A stretch of DNA of 64,000 nucleotides from Fidelibacterota bacterium. Its GTDB lineage: Bacteria; Fidelibacterota; Marinisomatia; Marinisomatales; S15-B10. This document shows, piece by piece, positions 56,277 to 64,000 of the stretch. The stretch's first letter is position 1, and each line of letters starts with the position of its first letter. The stretch covers positions 32,001 to 96,000 of the forward strand of contig JBHIAI010000002.1 of assembly GCA_046861655.1 (NCBI GenBank), in the 5' to 3' direction. The translations under genes and the position numbers were made by a program. Under the pieces are notes generated by a model that was given only the letters and a program-made list of their open reading frames with translations, had not been told where the DNA came from and made no database searches.

Positions 56277-57428
56277 ATGAAGACCCCTATCATGACCCTA
56301 AAACGTGGGTGGAGATCCCACCGCAGGATCAGCCTCATTGCCTGGGTTGCTGTTCTGGCCATGGGGTGTGCCGGAGTTGGGCACAGCCAGGCCGGGGCCC
56401 AGCCCTCATCCAAGTCCCCGCCCCAGCCCAAGGGAGAGGTCCCGGTGGTGGGGCTTCATGCCTACACCGGGGCCCACGCCAGGTTCGAAACTCCCCCCGA
56501 TCGTCTGGGAGGTCCGTTGAGGGTTAAGGTAACCCAGAGCGAAGGGAGTACCCGGTGGGTATTACCGGGGCCCCGCTTCCTGGATCCAGCCGTATTCGGA
56601 ACGCCCGATTATCCGGTGGGATTTGACAAGGCACCGTTTCCCCTCCTGGGGATTCCTCTGGATTTGAGAAAGAGACGGGACGGAAAGTTCACCTTCGTTG
56701 ACCATGCTACCCCGTTCAGTAACTGGCGGGAAGTGGGCGTAGGTAGTATCGATATGGAGGTGGTTGATGCCACGGCTATCGACGGTGCCCGAACGAAGGA
56801 CGAGGTCCATTTTGAAGCCACCTTCGAAAGTCCCGACCAGAAACATACGTACAGGGTGACGGCAGAAAAGGCCATCCCTCATGGCATGGCCTACCCCTTC
56901 TTCGGAGGGGTGGTGACCAACCACCTGCTGCACGGAGTCACCGGAATCGGGACCCGGCTGATGCCCACGGAGTTCACCTACGTGGCGTTCTGGGCCATTG
57001 GCAACATCTACCGGGACGGGGAACTGGTGAACGAGAACCATATGGTTCATGTGATGGTGACGGAGATTGTCCGGGGAGAGGGATACGCCCTCCAATTTGA
57101 CGGGGGCGTGGGAGATCCCCCTACCGGGCAGACACTCCATCTGATGGTTCCACCGTTCAAGCCCTCTCCTGAAGGACTGCAACCATCCCCCGTGAAAAGC
57201 GGTTTCATCCCTTTCCCTTTTGTCCAGAAGCACATGATGGAAGCCATGAAAAAGGCCCAGCAACTTCCAACCGGACAGCGTGAGGAGCGCCTGACCACTC
57301 TTGAGGAAGTGAAAAGCCTCATGGGTCGCACCAAAGAGCATGTGATGGAAGCCATGGAAGCGGGAAAGATGGATGGGCAGCCGTTCTTTCACGTGATGTT
57401 TGGCAATATTGAGGTAGAAACCTTATAG
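56277..57428 (+). CDS. Hypothetical lipoprotein with His/Met-rich motifs
   Basis: RBS AAGGAGG; lipobox LAMGC; motifs PHGM, NHLLHG, NHMVHVMV, LHLMV and FFHVMF. Confidence 0.65.
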   Translation: MKTPIMTLKRGWRSHRRISLIAWVAVLAMGCAGVGHSQAGAQPSSKSPPQPKGEVPVVGLHAYTGAHARFETPPDRLGGPLRVKVTQSEGSTRWVLPGPRFLDPAVFGTPDYPVGFDKAPFPLLGIPLDLRKRRDGKFTFVDHATPFSNWREVGVGSIDMEVVDATAIDGARTKDEVHFEATFESPDQKHTYRVTAEKAIPHGMAYPFFGGVVTNHLLHGVTGIGTRLMPTEFTYVAFWAIGNIYRDGELVNENHMVHVMVTEIVRGEGYALQFDGGVGDPPTGQTLHLMVPPFKPSPEGLQPSPVKSGFIPFPFVQKHMMEAMKKAQQLPTGQREERLTTLEEVKSLMGRTKEHVMEAMEAGKMDGQPFFHVMFGNIEVETL

Positions 57429-57463
57429 ATGACCCTGGCCAGGGTCCTGGGGGGCCCTGGCCT

Positions 57464-58711
57464 TTGGTATTGCAGGCCTTTGAAACCGTGTCCAGAATCC
57501 CTCTTGTTCTTAGTTTGTTCGCCCTTCAGACGGTTTCGGGGCTGACAGGACCCGAAATCGCCTCCCCCTCGCCCGAGGGAAAAACAACCGTTGTGCTCGT
57601 GGGTATCCAGTTCCAGCCCGAGAGAATCGGGTTGGAGGTCGGGGATACCCTCGAGTTTGTCAATAAGGACAGGTTCGAGCACAACGTCTACATCGTCCGT
57701 ACAGCGAACCCTAATGTGGTTCTGGTTCCCGCCGAGCCGGTGCCGGCGGGAGGATCGGTCCAGATGGTTGTGACTGAGAAAGGGCTGTATACCGTCTATT
57801 GTACCATCCACGGGGGCATGACCGCCCGCCTATCCACAACGGGAACGTTTGAACTGACGGAGGCGGAAAAAAGGGAAGCGGGAAAACTCGCCCCATCACT
57901 GCCCCCCATCGTGAAAACAGGGGAGAAACTCTTCTGGGGAGAGGCCCAATGTTACCGGTGCCACTCCATTGGAGACCTGGGGGAGGCCATCCGGGGTCCG
58001 AATCTTCGGGATATTGGCTTCCGGTCCCGGTTTCAGGCCAAGGAGGCGGGGGTGGCCTCAGGAACGGAGTATCTGGTCCAGGCCATCCTGAGCCCTGAGA
58101 GCTATGTCGTCCCCGGATACAGCCGCGACATGCCGAAGGTTTACGAGCCTCCCATGGGCCTGAGGGAAGAGCCTATCAAGGCGGTCATCGCTTATCTTCA
58201 GAGCCAGGGGGGCAAGGTAGATACCTGGGCCGTGGACATAGATAGACGCCAACTGCAGGTCCAGCCCGTCTTCAATCCCTTTCAATCGGGAGACCCCAAA
58301 AGAGGGGGGGCCGCCTTCAAGGAGGTGGGGTGCGCCAACTGTCATGCAGTGGGGTCCGAAAGGGGTGGAGTAGGACCGGAACTCACGGCCATCGGAGCCT
58401 ACAGGAACTGGCAATGGTTGGCGGAATCCATCCTGGATCCCGATGCTGAAATCGGGCAGGAGTGGACCGGGGCGACGGTCTACCCCTACTGGGGAGAGAC
58501 CGTTTCCGGCATGTTGAGAGCCAATACCGACAGTGTAGTGACGCTGATGATTACCGCCGACGAATTTGAAACCATTCCCAGGGATGAAATTGAACGGGTC
58601 CAGATCAGCGAAACCTCCAGTATGCCCCGAAACTACGGCGACATTCTCTCCTTCCGGCAAATCGCCGATATTGTGGTCTATTTGGAGAGCCTTAAAGGGG
58701 AGGGGAAGTAA
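57464..58711 (+). CDS. Cupredoxin plus diheme cytochrome c fusion protein
   Basis: Type-1 Cu ligands HNV...YCTIHGGM; CYRCH and CANCH heme motifs, each followed by GPxL and a distal MP. Confidence 0.85.
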   Translation: MVLQAFETVSRIPLVLSLFALQTVSGLTGPEIASPSPEGKTTVVLVGIQFQPERIGLEVGDTLEFVNKDRFEHNVYIVRTANPNVVLVPAEPVPAGGSVQMVVTEKGLYTVYCTIHGGMTARLSTTGTFELTEAEKREAGKLAPSLPPIVKTGEKLFWGEAQCYRCHSIGDLGEAIRGPNLRDIGFRSRFQAKEAGVASGTEYLVQAILSPESYVVPGYSRDMPKVYEPPMGLREEPIKAVIAYLQSQGGKVDTWAVDIDRRQLQVQPVFNPFQSGDPKRGGAAFKEVGCANCHAVGSERGGVGPELTAIGAYRNWQWLAESILDPDAEIGQEWTGATVYPYWGETVSGMLRANTDSVVTLMITADEFETIPRDEIERVQISETSSMPRNYGDILSFRQIADIVVYLESLKGEGK

Positions 58712-58721
58712 GAGGCCTGGG

Positions 58722-59102
58722 CTACGACCCGGTTTCGATCTCCAGTCGTTCCAGGCTTCGCCTTTTCTTCAGTAGCTCCACCATTTCATAGGTCTCCTTG
58801 GTGGGCCACATATCAAAGGAGGTCTGGGCCTCCTTCAACGCGAAGTCATACCACCCCTTCCTGGAATAGGCGATGGCCAGGTTGTAGTGGGCCTTCATGA
58901 GGACGCTCAATTCTTCCCTTGTGAGCTCGTTCGGGTCGGTTGGGTGAAGGCGGATGGATTCCCGGTATTCGAGGATGGCATCATCAATCAGTCCCTTCTG
59001 GTAGTACCAGTTGCCGAGTTTCAGATGACGTTGCGGATTGTCCTGGCAGGAAAAAACCAGCAGGGACAGTGTTACCAGGGAAAGGAGCGTAGGCAGCCTC
59101 AT
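58722..59102 (-). CDS. Small TPR lipoprotein
   Basis: Lipobox VFSC; HLKLGNWYY and AHYNLAIAY TPR motifs. Confidence 0.75.
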   Translation of the reverse strand: MRLPTLLSLVTLSLLVFSCQDNPQRHLKLGNWYYQKGLIDDAILEYRESIRLHPTDPNELTREELSVLMKAHYNLAIAYSRKGWYDFALKEAQTSFDMWPTKETYEMVELLKKRRSLERLEIETGS

Positions 59103-59229
59103 AGTTGAAAATCCCGCCCGTCCCGAACTGCTTTTATCGGGGACGGTTTGTGTCGGGAATGAACCCCATTATTAAAATATAGCCAGGGAGGGATGAAAAT
59201 GCACACACAATTTCCCGGACGCCTCGTGG

Positions 59230-60510
59230 TCACGGGATGGACTCAGGGGGTGGAAGCTCCCGCCGGACAATCCGGGGCTCCCGGGTGAAAAAGGAAAGGG
59301 AAATAATTCCCAGGACCAAAAAGACTCCGATACCTTTCAGGACCGTGGGAACGCCCACCAGGGGAATCAGGATACCGCTCAAGATGATGAAGAGAAGGAC
59401 GAACGGTGCTGTGAGGCTGTCCACAAGGGCGAAGTAGATTTTCTTGTCCCTTTTGCCGGCGAATTCGTAGATGAGGCTCATGGCGGATGTCCAGAATCCT
59501 CCCTGGGCCATGCCCAGAAAAACGAAAATCAGGTACGTCTGGGTAAGTGTTTCGGCCCTGATGGCGGTAACCAGGGCCAGGAAATAGAGGGTGAAGACCA
59601 TAACCAGGGCCCTCTTATGCCCGAATCTGTCCCCGATTTGACCGGTGACATAACTCCACAGCCCCCCTACGATAACCGTGATGGCGGTGAAGATCCCGGC
59701 TTCGCTCATATGAAACTGGAGTTTATCATAGCTGTAGGCGGCATAGAGGGGAATGGCGGGGTAGTTGGCGGCCAGGAGGATGCGGCTGGTGATATAGCGC
59801 CGGAAGTTGGTTTCCGAAGCCACGAGGCCACGAATCTCTTTCATAAACCGGCGGAAAGTTTTCGTCTCGGACCGGCGGACCGTGGTGGTAGTCCGGTAGG
59901 GAATAAACAAGAGGGAGGCCACGAGGATACAACCGGCATAAATCAGGAAGCCGTAGCCAAAGTTGGCGGGAAATTCAATGGGGCTGGCCAGCAGATTCTT
60001 CACGGTGAGGCCTCCTACGGAGCCTGCCAGGAAGTTGAAGGCGAAGGAGATGCCAAAGAACGATCCCCTCTTATCGGGACGGTGTGCCGTCTCCAGAAAG
60101 TCGGCCCAGATGGGGAACACGATCCCCAGCCCCAGGGTGAACAGAAGATAGCAGACGTAGTAGATGGTCCAGGCGGACGGTCCGGTGGGTTTCAGGAACG
60201 TGAAGATAAAACCGGCAAGGAACACGGCGGGGATGGGGAGACCGTGGACAGCCACCACGGCGAATTTCAGGTTGCGGATATTCTGTCCCAAAAAGGCAGT
60301 GATGATTTGAGGGGTGGCGGCGGAAATGACAAAGACTCCTGCCACGGAAGCGATCACAACGTCCGGGGCACCCAGGCCTTTCAGGAAGAGGGGAATGACG
60401 GCGTAGGTGGAATGAAAGGCCATCCCAAACCCCCAGAACATTTCGTGGACGGAATTGAGGATCAGGTTTCTCCTGTGGTCCGTTCGCGTGAGATACACTT
60501 CCCTGCTCAT
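59230..60510 (-). CDS. MFS transporter
   Basis: About 12 TMs and GQIGDRFGHK motif; ATG 60510 overlaps the upstream stop. Confidence 0.85.
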   Translation of the reverse strand: MSREVYLTRTDHRRNLILNSVHEMFWGFGMAFHSTYAVIPLFLKGLGAPDVVIASVAGVFVISAATPQIITAFLGQNIRNLKFAVVAVHGLPIPAVFLAGFIFTFLKPTGPSAWTIYYVCYLLFTLGLGIVFPIWADFLETAHRPDKRGSFFGISFAFNFLAGSVGGLTVKNLLASPIEFPANFGYGFLIYAGCILVASLLFIPYRTTTTVRRSETKTFRRFMKEIRGLVASETNFRRYITSRILLAANYPAIPLYAAYSYDKLQFHMSEAGIFTAITVIVGGLWSYVTGQIGDRFGHKRALVMVFTLYFLALVTAIRAETLTQTYLIFVFLGMAQGGFWTSAMSLIYEFAGKRDKKIYFALVDSLTAPFVLLFIILSGILIPLVGVPTVLKGIGVFLVLGIISLSFFTREPRIVRRELPPPESIP

Positions 60511-61445
60511 GGACCCCTTTTCATGTTGGTTCTGGAAAGATACACGGATGCCCCTAACAGGAGCAGGCCTCCCACCATCTGGGCCGGTTCCAGTATTCTG
60601 CCCCGAACCCCCCAATCGATGATGACCGCCGACAGGGGCCAGAAGAGTTCATAGATGGTGGCATGAGTGGCCGGGACGTTCTTCAGGCCGTAGTAGTAGA
60701 TGAATAGGGCCAGCGTTCCCGTTGAGAACACGATGGCGATGATAAGGAGCCATTGGTGGCCGGCGAGAGCCAGGACATGGGGCCGGCTGGGTGTGGCGAA
60801 AAAGACCAGGGCGGCCACGCCGGTGGTTACCCACAACCGGAGGCCGGTCAGGGCAAAAAAGGGCAGGCGGTTGAGGGCATGCTTCCCCAGGACGGTGGAA
60901 CTCCCCCAGCTGAAGGCGGCCAGGAGGGCCAGCAGGGCAGCCACCAGGGTGGGATTGTCCCAATCGGTCATGGGATTCATCCCGAAAGTGACCAGGTATC
61001 CGCCCACGATGGCTGTCCCCGCCACGAAAAGGTACTGACGGCTCAGACGTTCCTTCAGTATGATGGCCGCAAGGGTGATGGCAAAAAGGGGCTGAAATTT
61101 CTGGAGAAGAACCACAACAGACAGTTCAATGTAGTGTATGTGAAACAGAGCGGCGGTGTAGGATGCGGTGCCCAGGATACCCCCGAACACGGCCACCCAG
61201 CCCACGGAAATCCAGGTGCGCTCCCCTAGATTTTCAAGGGTTTTCCTCCAGCGCAACAGGACGGGAAGAAACAAGATGCCTCCCATGGCATGTTCCAGGA
61301 GGATGACCATAAGGGAAAACGACAACAGTGTGGAGAAGGAGGCGAAGGGCTTGTCGGGAAGACTCTGGCGGAGAAAACCGTCGAAACTCCACAGAACTGC
61401 AGCAAACATAACAGCCAACGGGGGAAGGTATTTCCATACTTTCAC
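60507..61445 (-). CDS. DMT/EamA family transporter
   Basis: About 10 TMs in two repeats; QPLFAITLAAIILKE and YYYGLK. Confidence 0.88.
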   Translation of the reverse strand: MKVWKYLPPLAVMFAAVLWSFDGFLRQSLPDKPFASFSTLLSFSLMVILLEHAMGGILFLPVLLRWRKTLENLGERTWISVGWVAVFGGILGTASYTAALFHIHYIELSVVVLLQKFQPLFAITLAAIILKERLSRQYLFVAGTAIVGGYLVTFGMNPMTDWDNPTLVAALLALLAAFSWGSSTVLGKHALNRLPFFALTGLRLWVTTGVAALVFFATPSRPHVLALAGHQWLLIIAIVFSTGTLALFIYYYGLKNVPATHATIYELFWPLSAVIIDWGVRGRILEPAQMVGGLLLLGASVYLSRTNMKRGP

Positions 61446-61502
61446 GGGGGTGAATTTACTATATTTTGACTAGGAGTGTAGGATTCGAATCTCCCACCTA
61501 TT

Positions 61503-61946
61503 ATGCCGGTCGTTTATGAAATCCCGCCGAAGAAGACTCCCAGGTCCGACGACGAGTACCTGGAGCAGATGACCAAGGCCATCTTCCAGGCCGGGTTCAG
61601 TTGGGCGGTCATACGGAACAAATGGGACGATTTCAGGAAAGCTTTCGATGGGTTTGACATAGAAAAAGTGGCCGGATACTCCCTGGCGGACCTGGGAAGG
61701 CTGGCCAGTGATCCATCCATCGTTCGAAACCGGCAGAAGATCGCGGCCACGGTGGAAAATGCAAGAGTGATGAAACAACTTGTTGAAGACTTCGGCTCCT
61801 TCAAGACCTATCTTGACTCCCTCAAGGGGGACTACTACCACAAGGCGGATGTGCTCACCAGAACCTTTCACCATCTTGGCAGAACGGGTGTTTTCGTGTT
61901 CCTCTACTGTGTGAACGAAGAGGTTCCCCGTTGGGAGGATCGGTAG
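61503..61946 (+). CDS. DNA-3-methyladenine glycosylase I family protein
   Basis: FQAGFSW, FRKAFDGFD and IVRNRQKIAATVENA. Confidence 0.85.
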   Translation: MPVVYEIPPKKTPRSDDEYLEQMTKAIFQAGFSWAVIRNKWDDFRKAFDGFDIEKVAGYSLADLGRLASDPSIVRNRQKIAATVENARVMKQLVEDFGSFKTYLDSLKGDYYHKADVLTRTFHHLGRTGVFVFLYCVNEEVPRWEDR

Positions 61947-61951
61947 AGACG

Positions 61952-63103
61952 GTGGACAAAGGAAGACCCGTGTTTGACCGGCAGGAGTACCTTCGGTACA
62001 GCCGGCACTTTACCCTCCCCGGGATCGGGATGGACGGTCAGGCAAAACTCAAACGGGTATCGGTCCTGGTGGTGGGAGCGGGTGGACTGGGAAGTCCCGC
62101 ATCTTTTTACCTTGTGGCTGCCGGGGTGGGTCGCCTGGGTCTGGTTGATTTCGACCGGGTGGAACTGTCGAATCTCCAGCGTCAGATCCTCTACGGGTCC
62201 TCAGACGTTGGGGATCCCAAGCTGGGTGCCGCGAAAAGGCGACTGGCGGACTTAAACCCGAATGTCGATATCACGCTCTACCCGGAACCGTTGAACTCCA
62301 GGAACGCCATGGATATTGTCCGGGACTATGATCTGGTGATTGACGGCACGGACAACTTTCCCACCCGGTACCTCGTGAATGACGTGTGCGTATTTCAGGG
62401 AAAGCCCAATGTCTACGGTTCCATCTTCAGGTTTGACGGCCAGGTGTCCTTCTTTGATGCTTCCCGGGGTCCGTGCTACCGATGCCTCTACCCCGATCCT
62501 CCCCCTCCCGGTCTGATTCCATCCTGTGCAGAGGGAGGTGTTCTGGGAGTATTGCCGGGCATCGTCGGCAGTATTCAGGCGACGGAGGCCATTAAGTGGA
62601 TCACCGGCGCCGGGGACACTCTCACGGGGCGGCTCTTGCTGTTCGATGCCCTCTCCATGACCTTCCAGGAAGTGAATCTGCGGAAAGACCCGGACTGTGT
62701 GGTATGCGGGAAGAATCCTACCGTCACTGAGCCCATCGATTATGAAGGGTTCTGCGGGGTATCAGGAACGGCCGAAACGATCCCTGTGCCGGAGATTTCC
62801 GTAACCGAAGTGAACGAAAAGATTCAAAACGGAGACCGCCTGGTTCTCCTGGACATCCGGGAGCCGTGGGAGTGGCAGATTGTCCATCTTGATGAGGCCC
62901 TTTTTATCCCCATGGAAGAAGTCCCTTCCCGTCTGGAGGAGCTGGATCCCTCTCAGGAAATTGTGGTCTACTGCCACACCGGTCAACGGTCGGCCCGGGT
63001 GACGGAGTACCTCATCAACCAGGGTTATGCCATGGCAAAGAATATGGCCGGCGGGATCACAGCCTGGACCCTTGAGATTGATCCGGCCCTGGTTTCGTAC
63101 TGA
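61952..63103 (+). CDS. moeB: MoeB/ThiF adenylyltransferase with rhodanese domain (MoeZ/MoeBR type)
   Basis: RYSRH, GAGGLG, SNLQRQ, CYRC, CAEGGVLG, CVVC and rhodanese YCHTGQRS. Start codon uncertain (61931-61970). Confidence 0.9.
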   Translation: MDKGRPVFDRQEYLRYSRHFTLPGIGMDGQAKLKRVSVLVVGAGGLGSPASFYLVAAGVGRLGLVDFDRVELSNLQRQILYGSSDVGDPKLGAAKRRLADLNPNVDITLYPEPLNSRNAMDIVRDYDLVIDGTDNFPTRYLVNDVCVFQGKPNVYGSIFRFDGQVSFFDASRGPCYRCLYPDPPPPGLIPSCAEGGVLGVLPGIVGSIQATEAIKWITGAGDTLTGRLLLFDALSMTFQEVNLRKDPDCVVCGKNPTVTEPIDYEGFCGVSGTAETIPVPEISVTEVNEKIQNGDRLVLLDIREPWEWQIVHLDEALFIPMEEVPSRLEELDPSQEIVVYCHTGQRSARVTEYLINQGYAMAKNMAGGITAWTLEIDPALVSY

Positions 63104-63154
63104 CCTAAGATCATCCTACCTCGGGCGACGACCGGGGAGGGAAGAAACGAGGGC

Positions 63155-64000
63155 CTACGCCTCCGGTACCGGATACAGGTTCCGCTCCCCTTCGCTCTTT
63201 GCCACCACCACCGTTCCCACACTGTCACTGAAGACGTTCACCATGGTCCGGTACATATCCAGGGGCCGGTCCACCGCCAGCATGGTGCCGACGATGAGGG
63301 CTACCTGGGCGTTGTCACCCAGGCCCACGGCATTCAGGACAACAAAGATCATTACGAGTCCCGCGGAGGGTACGGCGGCGGCACCCACAGAAGCAAGAAA
63401 GGCCGTAAGGACGATGGTCACCTGGTGGCTCAGCTCAAGGGGAAAACCCAGGGCCTGGGCGATAAAGATGACGCCTGCACACTCGTACAAGGCGGTCCCG
63501 TCCATGTTGATGGTGGCCCCAAGGGGCAGGACGAAGCTGGTGGTGCGGTTCGACACGCCCACATTGTTTTCCACGCAGTCCATGGTCACCGGGAGAGTGG
63601 CGCCGGAAGAACTTGTGGAAAAGGCTGTGGCCATGGCGGAGGCCATGGCCTGAAAGTGCTTCCGGGGGCTCTCTCTGGCGAAGATAACGAGCAGGAGAGG
63701 AAGGACCACAGCCAGGTGGAGTGTGAGGCCTGAGACGATGGTGACCATGTACAGTCCCACGGCCCTGAAGAGGTCGAACCCAGCCGTCGCCACAGCTTTG
63801 GAGATCAGACCGAACACGCCGATGGGGGCCAGCTTGATGATGCCGTGTGTGAGTTTCATCACGGCCCGGAAGGTGTAGTCAAAAAAGTTCAGGAGAAAGT
63901 CATGAGGTTTTCCTGAGAGCCTTGTGATGGCAAAGCCGAAGACGATGGAGAAGAAGATAACCCCCAGGATATCCCCTTCCGCCGCTGCCCTCACCGGGTT
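63155..64000 (-). CDS. Dicarboxylate/amino acid:cation symporter (DAACS), partial
   Basis: AFSTSSS.ATLP, LGATINMDGTALY and DMYRTMVNV; runs off the window end. Confidence 0.93.
   Translation of the reverse strand, partial: NPVRAAAEGDILGVIFFSIVFGFAITRLSGKPHDFLLNFFDYTFRAVMKLTHGIIKLAPIGVFGLISKAVATAGFDLFRAVGLYMVTIVSGLTLHLAVVLPLLLVIFARESPRKHFQAMASAMATAFSTSSSGATLPVTMDCVENNVGVSNRTTSFVLPLGATINMDGTALYECAGVIFIAQALGFPLELSHQVTIVLTAFLASVGAAAVPSAGLVMIFVVLNAVGLGDNAQVALIVGTMLAVDRPLDMYRTMVNVFSDSVGTVVVAKSEGERNLYPVPEA

Noticed and set aside
59119..59147. CCGTCCC...GGGACGG hairpin downstream of the MFS gene
   Set aside because: Could be a terminator or another small repeat, but it is a single instance with no clear U-tract; too weak to call.
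1..64000. CRISPR arrays, tRNA/rRNA genes, transposases, integrases, prophage genes
   Set aside because: None recognised by eye: no regularly spaced direct repeats and no matching protein motifs. A tRNAscan/Infernal run would be needed to exclude small RNAs.

Overview
A GC-rich bacterial chromosomal window from a diderm: it encodes several lipoproteins and proteins ending in an aromatic residue typical of outer-membrane beta-barrels. An FCB-group or Marinimicrobia-like origin is my impression only and is untested. Most of the window is housekeeping: malic enzyme, ppdK, tnaA, phhA, peptidases, acetoacetate-CoA ligase, a complete minus-strand pur operon (purA-L-M-Q-C-E-B-F-D-N-H), ychF, moeB and transporters. 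The standout is a tightly coupled operon at 14390-22714 behind a near-consensus sigma70 promoter. It encodes a Na+-type MotA/MotB stator, a truncated FliF-like ring protein (RBM3 only), a divergent FliG, three uncharacterised envelope/TPR proteins and a DUF481 barrel. No other flagellar, export or chemotaxis gene lies in the window, so this is a candidate repurposed, flagellum-less rotary motor. Other notable items are a DUF3179 selenoprotein (in-frame UGA, UxxC, SECIS-like hairpin), a PurQ with two fused PurS-like domains, a class II PurE with no purK, a GxxExxY mini-element and several REP-like palindrome families in the pur operon, a structured purA leader, and a cupredoxin-diheme cytochrome c module. 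All calls come from motif reading alone; no searches were run.
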